DNA of 58,713 bases from Verrucomicrobiota bacterium (GTDB taxonomy: Bacteria; Verrucomicrobiota; Lentisphaeria; Lentisphaerales; Lentisphaeraceae), in contig JBDKFG010000026.1 in assembly GCA_039798785.1 (NCBI GenBank), positions 1-58,713 of the forward strand, written 5' to 3'. Shown here piece after piece: positions 17,185-25,912 of this stretch (its first letter is position 1; each line of letters starts with the position of its first letter). The notes beneath the pieces are model-generated. The model was given only the letters and a program-made list of their open reading frames with translations, did not search any database and was not told the origin of the DNA. The position numbers and the translations under genes are program-made.

Positions 17185-18327
17185 ATGAAAAACCACTTCA
17201 CACCCCTTTTCCTCGGCGCCGCACTCCTGCTCGCCGCCAACTCCTGCAGCAGCAAAAAGCCCCTGCCGGTCGTTCCGCCCACCCCCGAAGAGCGTGCTTC
17301 GCTGGCTGACGCCGAGAAGCTTCGTCAGGAAGGAAAATGGAGCGATGCCGCGGCGATCCTCGAAGACCTCGACGAGACCGTCACTGACCCCGACACCCAC
17401 GCCCGCATCCTCCTCCTCTGGGCCGACTGCGCCCGCAAGGACAAGGATCTCAAGTCCGCCTTCTACGCCTTGCGCGACGTTCTCGACAAACATCCCGCCC
17501 AGGTCGATTACGAGAAGACCGCCGCCCTCCAGCTTGAGATCGCCGACGAGTACTACGGCCAGTACAAAGAGGAGACCGAGTGGTTCTCGGCCAAGCCGCG
17601 CTCGATCGAGTTCTACCAGGAGTACGCCCGCCAGTCGCCCTACGGCAAGCTCACCCCCTCCCGCCTCCGCCGGGTCGGCGACATGCAGCGCGAACGCGAA
17701 GATTATGCCGACGCGGTGCAGACCTGGACCCGGATCATCAAGCGCTACCGCGAGACCGAGGAAGCCGGCTTCGCCCGGATGTATCTGATGCAGTATTACC
17801 TGGGCGAATACAAACGCCCCTGGGGCGACCTCGACCTGCTGGTCCAGGCCCGCAACCAGCTGAGCTTCTTCCAACAGCAGTTCCGCAAGCACCCGCTGCT
17901 TGAGGAGGCCAAGGTGAAGATGAAGGAAATTCACAACCTCGAGGCGGAGCGACTCTACGTCCTGGCCGAATTCTACCTCAAGGAAGGCCAGTGGTGCGAC
18001 TCGGTCCACTACCGCCCCGAAGCCGCCAGCCGCTACCTCTACCTGCTGCTGCTCAAATACGAAGACACCGAATGGGCCCTGAAAGCGGAAAAGCTGCTCG
18101 CCCAGCTCGACCCCAAGTTCAAGCCCACCCTTGAGCAGAAACGCAAGGAATTCGCCGCCCGCCAGGGCCAGCTCGACGAAGCCGATCTGCCCCCCGACCT
18201 CAGCGACCGCACCCTGCGCCGCATCCTCATGACCCCCGAAGAGTCGAAAGGCAAGTTCCTCCTGCCGGTCGAAGATCTCGACCTGCGCCCCACCGAGAAG
18301 GATGATTCCCATGCTCCGAAACCTTAA
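17185..18327 (+). CDS. TPR outer-membrane assembly lipoprotein (BamD-like)
   Basis: Lipoprotein signal (LAANSC), TPR-like helices, EAERLY.LAEFY motif; lies upstream of an LptE-like gene. Confidence 0.7.
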   Translation: MKNHFTPLFLGAALLLAANSCSSKKPLPVVPPTPEERASLADAEKLRQEGKWSDAAAILEDLDETVTDPDTHARILLLWADCARKDKDLKSAFYALRDVLDKHPAQVDYEKTAALQLEIADEYYGQYKEETEWFSAKPRSIEFYQEYARQSPYGKLTPSRLRRVGDMQREREDYADAVQTWTRIIKRYRETEEAGFARMYLMQYYLGEYKRPWGDLDLLVQARNQLSFFQQQFRKHPLLEEAKVKMKEIHNLEAERLYVLAEFYLKEGQWCDSVHYRPEAASRYLYLLLLKYEDTEWALKAEKLLAQLDPKFKPTLEQKRKEFAARQGQLDEADLPPDLSDRTLRRILMTPEESKGKFLLPVEDLDLRPTEKDDSHAPKP

Positions 18328-18841
18328 GCTCCTCCTCGCCACCTTCCTCGCCATCGCCGGCTTCGCCGCCTGCGGCTACCACCATGAATCCCTCGCCCAC
18401 CCGCAGATCCGCAGCGTCGCCATCGGTGCCATCGACAATGACAGCGAAGACCCCCGACTCGGCATCCTGATGAACGAAGCCCTCAAGGAAGCGGTCATGC
18501 ACGACGGCTCCTTCCGCCTCGTCTCGGTCGACGAAGCCGATGTGATCATCACCGGGCGCTTCGGCGAAATCAAGCAGCAGGGCGTCGGCTACCGCCGCGG
18601 CGACAGCGCCACCGACAAGGACGCCTCGCGCACCTACCGCAACGACTCCTATCGCAGCAATCTCAGCTTCGACTATAAACTGGCCACCCGCAAGGGCCTG
18701 CCGATCCGCCAGGGTGAACAGGGGGCCTCCGCCATCTTCGTCGAATCCCTCGACTTCCAGTCGGACCGCCGCGAAGCCCTGAAGGTCGCCTGCCGCCGCC
18801 TCGCCGGCAAGGTCGTCGTCTCCCTCTCCGAAGGCTGGTAA
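18311..18841 (+). CDS. lptE: LptE-like LPS assembly lipoprotein
   Basis: Lipobox FAAC-GYH, SVAI..IDN, ADVIITG and C-terminal LA..VV..L.EGW. Confidence 0.75.
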   Translation: MLRNLKLLLATFLAIAGFAACGYHHESLAHPQIRSVAIGAIDNDSEDPRLGILMNEALKEAVMHDGSFRLVSVDEADVIITGRFGEIKQQGVGYRRGDSATDKDASRTYRNDSYRSNLSFDYKLATRKGLPIRQGEQGASAIFVESLDFQSDRREALKVACRRLAGKVVVSLSEGW

Positions 18842-18847
18842 GCCGCG

Positions 18848-19327
18848 ATGGAGCTGCGTATCGGCCAGGGCTGCGACTCCCATCGCCTGGTCGCCGGACG
18901 CCCCTTCATCCTCGGCGGCGTCGCCATCCCCCACGAATTCGGCCTCGCCGGCCATTCCGATGCCGACGCCCTTCTCCATGCGATCACCGACGCCGTCCTC
19001 GGCGCCCTCGCCCTCGGCGACATCGGCCAGTGGTTTTCCGACCAGGATCCGCGCTGGAAAGGCGCCGACTCGCAACAACTGCTCAAAGCCGTCCTCGCCT
19101 CGCCGCAAGTGCAAGGCTGGAGCTTGATCAACCTCGACAGCACCGTGATCGCCGAAGCACCGAAATTGGCGCCGCACATTCCCGCCATGCGAGAGGCCAT
19201 CGCCGCCCTCTTCGGCGTCGACCCCGGCCAGATCTCGGTGAAGGCCAAGACCGCCGAGAAGATGGGCGCCCTCGGCCGTCGCGAAGGCGTTGCCTGTCAA
19301 GCCGTGGTGCTGCTCCGCCGCGGCTGA
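18848..19327 (+). CDS. ispF: 2-C-methyl-D-erythritol 2,4-cyclodiphosphate synthase
   Basis: RIGQG.D.H, GHSDAD.LLHA.TDA, GDIG and SVKAKT.EKMG motifs. Confidence 0.97.
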   Translation: MELRIGQGCDSHRLVAGRPFILGGVAIPHEFGLAGHSDADALLHAITDAVLGALALGDIGQWFSDQDPRWKGADSQQLLKAVLASPQVQGWSLINLDSTVIAEAPKLAPHIPAMREAIAALFGVDPGQISVKAKTAEKMGALGRREGVACQAVVLLRRG

Positions 19328-19344
19328 CACAGCAGCGGAAGCCG

Positions 19345-19456
19345 ATCTCCGAAAGTGGATGGCTTGAGTCTTTAAAGGATTAATAGCTAGCTTTTTAATC
19401 ATCAGGCTCAGGGTTTCTTGGTTTGACTTTGCTAAGTCGAGCAGCAACTCCAGGAG
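19345..19456 (+). promoter_or_regulatory. Structured leader; candidate Moco-riboswitch-like element
   Basis: 5' CTCC can pair with the AGGAG RBS; nested hairpins; AGGGTT...AACTCC stem; upstream of ygbA-like/moeA/moaA. It lacks an obvious P5 stem and GNRA loop. Confidence 0.35.
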
Positions 19457-19462
19457 CCCTTT

Positions 19463-19843
19463 ATGAATCCAGATCTGAGCCTTCCGCAGTCGCCGCGACT
19501 GAAACGCGAAGCGGTGACGATCGAGGCGATGTTGTTCCGTCATTGCCGTCGCCGTCATGCAGGCGGAGACGAGCTCTGCCCCGAGTGCCGCGAACTCCTC
19601 GCTTTTTCCCTGCTGCGCCTCCGCCGCTGCCCCTTCGGCGAAGCCAAGGGCACCTGCAAGAACTGCACCGTGCACTGCTGGAAAGGCGCCCGGGACCGCC
19701 GCGGCGAGATCCGCGCTGTCATGCGCTACGAAGGCCCCCGGATGCTGTGGAGCCACCCTTGGCTATCCCTGTGTCATTGGCTTGACAGCCGGCGACGCTT
19801 CCCGCAACTTGTCTCCACCCGTCAGCCCCAGGCCCTCCCATGA
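19463..19843 (+). CDS. Nitrous oxide-stimulated promoter (YgbA) family protein
   Basis: RE..TI..M...HC..H, LCPEC, RCPFGE.K.TCKNC.VHC, I..VMRY.GPRML..HP motifs. Confidence 0.85.
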   Translation: MNPDLSLPQSPRLKREAVTIEAMLFRHCRRRHAGGDELCPECRELLAFSLLRLRRCPFGEAKGTCKNCTVHCWKGARDRRGEIRAVMRYEGPRMLWSHPWLSLCHWLDSRRRFPQLVSTRQPQALP

Positions 19844-21036
19844 TCTCCAGTGCCGAAGCCTTCGCCCTCGTCCTCGCCGCCGCGCCCGATTACGGCGTCG
19901 AAGAAATCGATCTCCTCGACGCCTGCGGCCGGGTCTTGCGTCAGCCGATTTGCGCCGATCGCGAACACCCGCCCTTCGACCGGGTGAGCATGGACGGCAT
20001 CGCCCTCAATGTCGCGGACTGGTCGCGGGGCCAGCGCCGCTTCCGCATCGCCGGCTGCCAGGCGGCGGGGATGGCGCCGCTCTCCTTGAGCCCGGAATCC
20101 TGCCTGGAGGCAATGACCGGCGCGATCCTGCCGCAAGGGGCCGACGGGGTGATCCCGGTGGAGCATCTGCGCCGCGACGGCGACTGGGCCGTCCTGCCCG
20201 AGGACTACGCCTTCGAAGCCGGGATGAACGTCCATCCCCGCGGCAGCGATCACGCCCGCGGCGCCGAACTGCTGCCCGCCGGCATCGTCCTCAACCCGCC
20301 TCGCCTCGCCCTCGCCGCGACTTGCGGCCGACGCAAGCTCCGGGTGGCTCGCCTGCCCGAAGCGGCGGTGATCGCCACCGGCGACGAACTGGTCGCCCCC
20401 GATACGACTCCCCTCCCCTGGCAGATCCGCCGTTCCAATTCCTTCGCCATCGCCGCCGGCTTGCGCGGCCTTGGAATCAAGGCCAGCGAACATCATCTGC
20501 CCGATAAGGAGCAAGAACTCGAAGAACGCCTCGCCGCGATCCTTGCCAGCAAAGAACTCGTCGTCCTCTCCGGCGGCGTCTCGGCCGGCAAGTTCGATCT
20601 CATCCCTGCCACCCTCCGCCGCCTCGGCTGCGAAGTGCTCTTCCACCAGGTCAGCCAACGCCCCGGCAAACCCCTGCTCTTCGCCCGCAAAGGAAACACC
20701 CTGGTCTACGGACTGCCCGGCAATCCGGTCAGCGCCCTGGTCAACTTCCACCGCTACGTCCTGCCGCAGGTGCGGCAGTCCCTCGGGCTGCCTCAGACGC
20801 AGTGCCTGGCGCTCCTCGCCGAGGAGCTGGTCTTCAAGAAGCCCCTCACTCTCTACCAGCCGGTCCGCCTCGTCGCCGACAGCGAAGGCCGCCAACGCGC
20901 CTTCCCCCTTCGCGGCAACGGCTCCGGCGACCACGGCGCCCTCGCCCTCACCGACGGCTTCGTCGAACTCGCCGCCGAAAGCAGCGTCTTCCCCTCCGGC
21001 AGTCTCGTTCCCTACTTCCCCTGGAGCCTCACATGA
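19840..21036 (+). CDS. moeA: Molybdopterin molybdenumtransferase
   Basis: PPFDR.SMDG, TGA.LP.GAD.V, TGDEL, SGGVSAG..D, RPGKP and GLPGNPVS motifs. Confidence 0.96.
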   Translation: MISSAEAFALVLAAAPDYGVEEIDLLDACGRVLRQPICADREHPPFDRVSMDGIALNVADWSRGQRRFRIAGCQAAGMAPLSLSPESCLEAMTGAILPQGADGVIPVEHLRRDGDWAVLPEDYAFEAGMNVHPRGSDHARGAELLPAGIVLNPPRLALAATCGRRKLRVARLPEAAVIATGDELVAPDTTPLPWQIRRSNSFAIAAGLRGLGIKASEHHLPDKEQELEERLAAILASKELVVLSGGVSAGKFDLIPATLRRLGCEVLFHQVSQRPGKPLLFARKGNTLVYGLPGNPVSALVNFHRYVLPQVRQSLGLPQTQCLALLAEELVFKKPLTLYQPVRLVADSEGRQRAFPLRGNGSGDHGALALTDGFVELAAESSVFPSGSLVPYFPWSLT

Positions 21037-22058
21037 GCAGCGATCATTCCTCCCCCACCCTGCTCGACTCGCGAGGCCGTCCCTTGCGGGATCTCCGTCT
21101 GTCCTTGATCGACCTGTGCAACTTCCGCTGCCTCTACTGCATGCCGCCGGAAGGGAAGTACGAGTTCTTCAAGAATGACGAGCTGCTGACTCCGGCCGAG
21201 CTCCTCACCCTCGCCCAGGCCTACATGAGCCTCGGGGTGCAGCGCATCCGCCTCACCGGCGGCGAACCCCTGCTGCGCAAGGAAGTGCTGGAAATCGTCC
21301 GCTCCCTCGCCGCCTTACCGGGCTTGCACGACCTGTCCCTGACCACCAACGGCTCGCGCCTGGCCGAGCTGGCGGTGCCGCTCAAGGAGGCCGGACTGAA
21401 GCGGGTGACGGTGTCGCTCGACGCGATCGAGCCGGAGGCCTTCAAGCGGATCACCGGCGGCCGCGGCCTTCTTGAGGAAACCCTCGCCGGCATCCGCGCC
21501 GCACAGGCCGCCGGACTCGGCCCAGTGAAGCTCAACGCGGTGATCCGCAAAGGCCTCAACGACGACCAGATCGTGCCGCTCGCCCGCTGGGCCCGGAACG
21601 AAGGGATCAACCTGCGTTTCATCGAGTTCATGGACGTCGGCAACCGCAACCACTGGGAAGCCGAGCAGGTGATCAGCTCGAAATTCGTCCACGACCAGAT
21701 CAACGCCGAGATGCCGATGGTGGCGCTCGATTCCGCCTTCTACGGCGAAGTGGCGGAGCGCTACGCTTATCAGGACGGCGTCGAAGTCGGCTTCATCTCC
21801 TCCGTGAGCACGCCGTTCTGCGCCAGCTGCACCCGGACCCGGGTCAGCGCCGAGGGCAAGATCTACAACTGTCTCTTCTCCGGACGCGGCCTGGATTTGA
21901 AGCCACTGCTCCGTGGCGGCGCCTCAAGCGAAGAACTGGTCCGGACCCTGAAAGGCTTCTGGGAAGTGCGCACCAACCGCTACTCGGAAGAACGGGCGGA
22001 ATCGCGTTCCTCGCAAAGCCGCCGCCCGATCGTCGAGATGTTCCAGGTCGGAGGCTGA
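21033..22058 (+). CDS. moaA: GTP 3',8-cyclase (radical SAM)
   Basis: CNFRCLYC, RLTGGEPL, FC.SC.R.R...G..Y.CLF and C-terminal GG; start ATG 21033. Confidence 0.97.
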   Translation: MSSDHSSPTLLDSRGRPLRDLRLSLIDLCNFRCLYCMPPEGKYEFFKNDELLTPAELLTLAQAYMSLGVQRIRLTGGEPLLRKEVLEIVRSLAALPGLHDLSLTTNGSRLAELAVPLKEAGLKRVTVSLDAIEPEAFKRITGGRGLLEETLAGIRAAQAAGLGPVKLNAVIRKGLNDDQIVPLARWARNEGINLRFIEFMDVGNRNHWEAEQVISSKFVHDQINAEMPMVALDSAFYGEVAERYAYQDGVEVGFISSVSTPFCASCTRTRVSAEGKIYNCLFSGRGLDLKPLLRGGASSEELVRTLKGFWEVRTNRYSEERAESRSSQSRRPIVEMFQVGG

Positions 22059-22066
22059 GCGCAAGC

Positions 22067-22918
22067 TCAAAAACCGACATAAGCCGCGATCGATAACAAG
22101 GCCGCGACGACAAGGCAGCGACGGGGCGTCAAAAAGTCGTGGCAGCTCGCCGGCGTCAAGGGATGAACGATCTGCGAGGCGTAATCCTCGGCGCCGCGCT
22201 GGCCCTCCGGCAATCCGTAGGAATCGGGCATCCGGCCAGGGGCGTGATAGGTGCCGAAAAGGCGGTCCATCAAAGGATTGAGATTGGCGAAGTTGACCCG
22301 TCCGCCCTTCTCGATGGCGTGGTGCCAGTGGTGAAGCTGCGGCGAGCCGAGGAAGGGGCGAAGCCAGGCGATCTCGGCGCGGCAGTTGGAGTGGATGTAC
22401 ATCGCCCAAAGCCCGCGGAAGACGAGGAAGCCGGCGATCGCCTCGAGCGACACGCCCAGGAGCATCGCGGGAAGGTTCTCGACCAGGCGGGTGACCAGGT
22501 TGTCCACCGGATGTTCGCGTCCCGAAGCGATCCAGTCGAGGTGGCGCGAAGTGTGGTGGACCTTGTGGAACCGCCAGAGGAATTCCCAGCGATGCTGCAG
22601 GCGGTGGACCCAATAGATGCTGAGATCGCAAAGGATCACCGCCGCGGCGATCTGCACGGCCAGGGGCCAGCTGGCGACCTCGGCAAACCACGGCGCCGGC
22701 AAGTGCTGGCGCAAGCCGTAATGGATCGCCGTCAGCAGCCCGACGATGGGCATGCTCCAGAACAGATACTGGCCGAAGTTGAACATCAGGTCGCGGCCCC
22801 ATCCGGGCCGGAAGAAGCCCTGTCGACGGGCCGGGAAGGCAAGCTCCATCGGCACGACGCAAATCGCGTAGACCGCATAGGCCTTGGCGAAATAGAGGAC
22901 CTCCTGCGGCAGATTCAT
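22067..22918 (-). CDS. Sterol desaturase / fatty acid hydroxylase family membrane di-iron enzyme
   Basis: His boxes HRLQH, HKVHH and HHWHH; R.HP, HSN and DRLFGT motifs; start ATG 22918 overlaps the upstream TGA. Confidence 0.92.
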   Translation of the reverse strand: MNLPQEVLYFAKAYAVYAICVVPMELAFPARRQGFFRPGWGRDLMFNFGQYLFWSMPIVGLLTAIHYGLRQHLPAPWFAEVASWPLAVQIAAAVILCDLSIYWVHRLQHRWEFLWRFHKVHHTSRHLDWIASGREHPVDNLVTRLVENLPAMLLGVSLEAIAGFLVFRGLWAMYIHSNCRAEIAWLRPFLGSPQLHHWHHAIEKGGRVNFANLNPLMDRLFGTYHAPGRMPDSYGLPEGQRGAEDYASQIVHPLTPASCHDFLTPRRCLVVAALLSIAAYVGF

Positions 22919-23508
22919 GGACGCGGCGCCTGCTGCTTCGGGGCGAGCTTGGCGCGGCAAAGCTTCAGCAAGGCAAGCGCCTCGGGGTTTTTCGGCTCGA
23001 CCTTCAAGATCTTCTCGAGCTCCGCGATCGCCTCAAGGTATTTCTTTTCTTTGTAGAGAGTTTCCGCACGGATTTTACTGTCGAAGATCGCGTCATCGGC
23101 AAACACCGGAGGTGACGGGCTCACCGACTTCGACGAATAGAGATACGCATTCTGGGCGGGCGACTTTTTCGGAGATTCATCGATCCTTTCGACACCGCTG
23201 CTTTTCGATGAACTGAAGAGGTCAGGTGTCGGGTCGTTAATCAGTTCAAGACCACTGTCCGTTTTATCGATAGGTCCGTGAGGCAGAGAATCATCGATGC
23301 TCTCCAGTCCTCTCGATGTCGCCGGATCTTTGGACGAGTGAAAAAACTGCAATTCTTCCTGAGCTGCCGGAGCGGCGTCCGAGAGCTTGATGGGAGACGG
23401 GTTCAGGCTTTTTTTCGGTCTCTCTGGCTCCTGCTGGGCCTGATAGACGAGGAAGCCGAGAGTTCCGAGGCTGAGGGAGACGGCGAGGACTTTGACGGCG
23501 GGATGCAT
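22915..23508 (-). CDS. Membrane-anchored protein with repeated SSK motifs and a C-terminal TPR
   Basis: N-terminal TM, low-complexity region with FFHSSK/LFSSSKS/YLYSSKS, TPR-like AETLY.EKKY.EAI.ELEKIL..EP.N.EA. Confidence 0.75.
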   Translation of the reverse strand: MHPAVKVLAVSLSLGTLGFLVYQAQQEPERPKKSLNPSPIKLSDAAPAAQEELQFFHSSKDPATSRGLESIDDSLPHGPIDKTDSGLELINDPTPDLFSSSKSSGVERIDESPKKSPAQNAYLYSSKSVSPSPPVFADDAIFDSKIRAETLYKEKKYLEAIAELEKILKVEPKNPEALALLKLCRAKLAPKQQAPRP

Positions 23509-23521
23509 GTCGGGGCTCCGG

Positions 23522-24148
23522 TCAGGGTTGGGGCTCTGTCGAGGGACGTTCGGTCGCTTCGATCTTCGAGGAAGAGAAGAAATGAGGCGCTGCGGCCTTG
23601 CTGCCCGCGGGGTCTTGCTGGGCCTGGAGGCATCGGGTGCGGAGGTCGGCCGCTTCTTGCGAGAAGGGGGCGATCTTGAAGGCTTCGTCGAGCCTGGCCA
23701 GGGCTTCCGGGAAGCGCTTTTGCGCGAAAAGGGAACGGGCTTGATCGGTCAGCTTGGCGGCCTGATCCAGGAGTTTCAACTCTTCAAACAGATTCTTTTG
23801 GATCAACCAGGGCGGGGCCGGGCGGGGCGAGGACAGCTGTTTTTCCCAGCTCAATTTCAGCTCTTGCCATTCATCTTCCCCAAGCTCGCGGAAATCCGCC
23901 GCCGCGATGGACTTTGATGAAGAGAAAAAGGCCGGCCTGAGGGCAGCGGCCTGGGTCAGCTCCGAGGTATCCGCCTTCATGAATGTGCTGCTGCCGTCGC
24001 GGTAATAGCTTTGGATCGCCAGCCCGGTGCGCTTCAGGTTGTTCTTGCCCTTGGTGATCCGCGGCTTGTCGTGCTGGGCCTGCCAGACGAGGAAGCCAAG
24101 GGTGCCGAGGCTGAGGGAGACGGCGAGGACTTTGACGGCGGGATGCAT
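23522..24148 (-). CDS. Paralogous membrane-anchored SSK-motif/TPR protein
   Basis: First 25 aa nearly identical to the downstream gene; FFSSSK twice; TPR-like ARSLF.QKRF.EAL..LDEA....P...EA. Confidence 0.75.
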   Translation of the reverse strand: MHPAVKVLAVSLSLGTLGFLVWQAQHDKPRITKGKNNLKRTGLAIQSYYRDGSSTFMKADTSELTQAAALRPAFFSSSKSIAAADFRELGEDEWQELKLSWEKQLSSPRPAPPWLIQKNLFEELKLLDQAAKLTDQARSLFAQKRFPEALARLDEAFKIAPFSQEAADLRTRCLQAQQDPAGSKAAAPHFFSSSKIEATERPSTEPQP

Positions 24149-24350
24149 GCTGCGGGGCTCCGGGATTATCCCAGCCTAATGCCCTAGCTGTGAGAATGCA
24201 AGAATTTCGATCCGTGCAATTCCGAAACAAGCACGGATGCGCCAAGGAAGATCCGAATCGCTTCATTTTTGATAATCCTCTCTCAACATCTTGTGCAAGC
24301 GGGGAATTCGTGTTCAGTTGGGCCGGCAAAAACCAAGAGGAGTCCCTAGA

Positions 24351-25313
24351 ATGGATCTGAATCTGTTGACCCACAATCTGCTAGCCCCCGCATTTCTCGC
24401 CTTTCTCTGCGGCGTGGTCGCGCGCTTCTGCCGCAGCGACCTGAGTTTCCCGGAGCAGCTGACGACTTCGCTCAGCATCTATCTGCTATTTGCCATCGGA
24501 TTAAAAGGCGGCGCCGCCCTGTCCTCGGTCAATCCCTCCGCCGTCATCCTGCCGGCGATTGCGACCCTGATTCTCGGCTCGCTCATCCCGGTGCTCGCCT
24601 ACCCCTTGGCGCGGCGTTTCCTCAAAATGGACCGGAGCAACGCGGCGGCGATGACGGCGCATTACGCTTCGACTTCGGCGGTGACCTTCCTCGCCGCCTC
24701 GGCTTATCTGACCCACCTCGGAGAAGATTTCGAAGGCTTCATGCCTGGCCTTCTGGCTTTGATGGAAGTTCCCGGCATCGCGGTGGCTCTCTGGCTGGGG
24801 CGCCGCGGCGAGGCGGCGGGCGGGCCGATTCTGCCCGTCCTCGGCAAGGTCCTGAGCGGCAAATCCATCGTCCTGCTGCTCGCCGGCATGTTGGTGGGGA
24901 TGGCGGCGGACCCTGCCGGACTGGAAAAGATCAACGCCTTTTTTGTCGCACCCTTCGTCGGCATTCTCTGCCTCTTCCTCCTCGATCTGGGCACCATCGC
25001 CGCCGAGCGACTGCAAGGACTTGACCGCAGCGCCTGGCGTCTTCTCGTCTTCGCCTTGGTCATGCCGCTCATCGGCGGCACCATCGGCGTCTATGTCGGC
25101 ACCCTTTCCGGTCTGTCGAGCGGCGGCGCCACGCTGATGGGAGTTCTCTGCGCCAGCGCCAGCTACATCGCCGCCCCGGCCGCGGTCCGGATGGCTCTGC
25201 CGGGCGCCGACCTGGGCACCTGCCTGGCCAGTTCCCTGGGCATCACCTTCCCCTTCAACCTGGCCCTGGGCATTCCCATCTGCCACAGCCTGGCGGAGAA
25301 ATTCGCGACCTGA
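24351..25313 (+). CDS. Sodium-dependent bicarbonate transporter (SbtA family)
   Basis: RSDL.FP...SIYLL.AIG.KGG, HY.S.SAVTF, ASASYIAAPAA.R and SLGITFPFN motifs; start ATG 24351. Confidence 0.92.
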   Translation: MDLNLLTHNLLAPAFLAFLCGVVARFCRSDLSFPEQLTTSLSIYLLFAIGLKGGAALSSVNPSAVILPAIATLILGSLIPVLAYPLARRFLKMDRSNAAAMTAHYASTSAVTFLAASAYLTHLGEDFEGFMPGLLALMEVPGIAVALWLGRRGEAAGGPILPVLGKVLSGKSIVLLLAGMLVGMAADPAGLEKINAFFVAPFVGILCLFLLDLGTIAAERLQGLDRSAWRLLVFALVMPLIGGTIGVYVGTLSGLSSGGATLMGVLCASASYIAAPAAVRMALPGADLGTCLASSLGITFPFNLALGIPICHSLAEKFAT

Positions 25314-25374
25314 GGCCTCCCTCACTCACCCACGCCCTCGGCGTGCGTGCATCTCTTGGAAAGGCGCGGGAAAA

Positions 25375-25869
25375 TCACAGCCCCGTGTTCAAGTCCGGCA
25401 CCACTACCGGACGCAGGATGACGCCGGCTTCGGCAAGCATGGCGGACGAGACGGTGTCGACGCTGTAGCGGCTGCGGAAGATGACTTCGCGGATGCCGGC
25501 GTTGATGATCATCTTGGCGCAGAGCAGGCAGGGCGAGTAGGTGGTGTAGAGGCTGGCGCCGCGCAGGGCGGTGCCGTGGAAGGCGGCCTGGACGATGGCG
25601 TTCTCTTCCGCATGCGAGCACAGGCATTCGTGCAAGGCCGCGCCGGAGGGCAGGTCGACCTGGGCGCAACGCGGGCAGCCGCCGTCGGAACAATTACGGA
25701 CTCCGCGCGGCGTGCCGTTGTAGCCGGTGGAGATCACCCGCTTGTCTTGCACCACCACCGCGGCGACGTGGCGGCGGCGGCAGTTGCTGCGCTGCGCCAC
25801 CACCTCGGCGATGTTCATGAAATATTCGTCCCAGTCGGGACGGCGGGAAGGGGCGGGGGTCTCGCTCAT
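25375..25869 (-). CDS. dCMP deaminase (ComEB family)
   Basis: RPDWDEYFM, RSNC, TGYNG, HAEENA and PCLLC motifs. Confidence 0.95.
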   Translation of the reverse strand: MSETPAPSRRPDWDEYFMNIAEVVAQRSNCRRRHVAAVVVQDKRVISTGYNGTPRGVRNCSDGGCPRCAQVDLPSGAALHECLCSHAEENAIVQAAFHGTALRGASLYTTYSPCLLCAKMIINAGIREVIFRSRYSVDTVSSAMLAEAGVILRPVVVPDLNTGL

Positions 25870-25912
25870 TGGGTACAGTCCTTGGATCCGAGCAGTCGGA
25901 CGGTTGTTCGGG

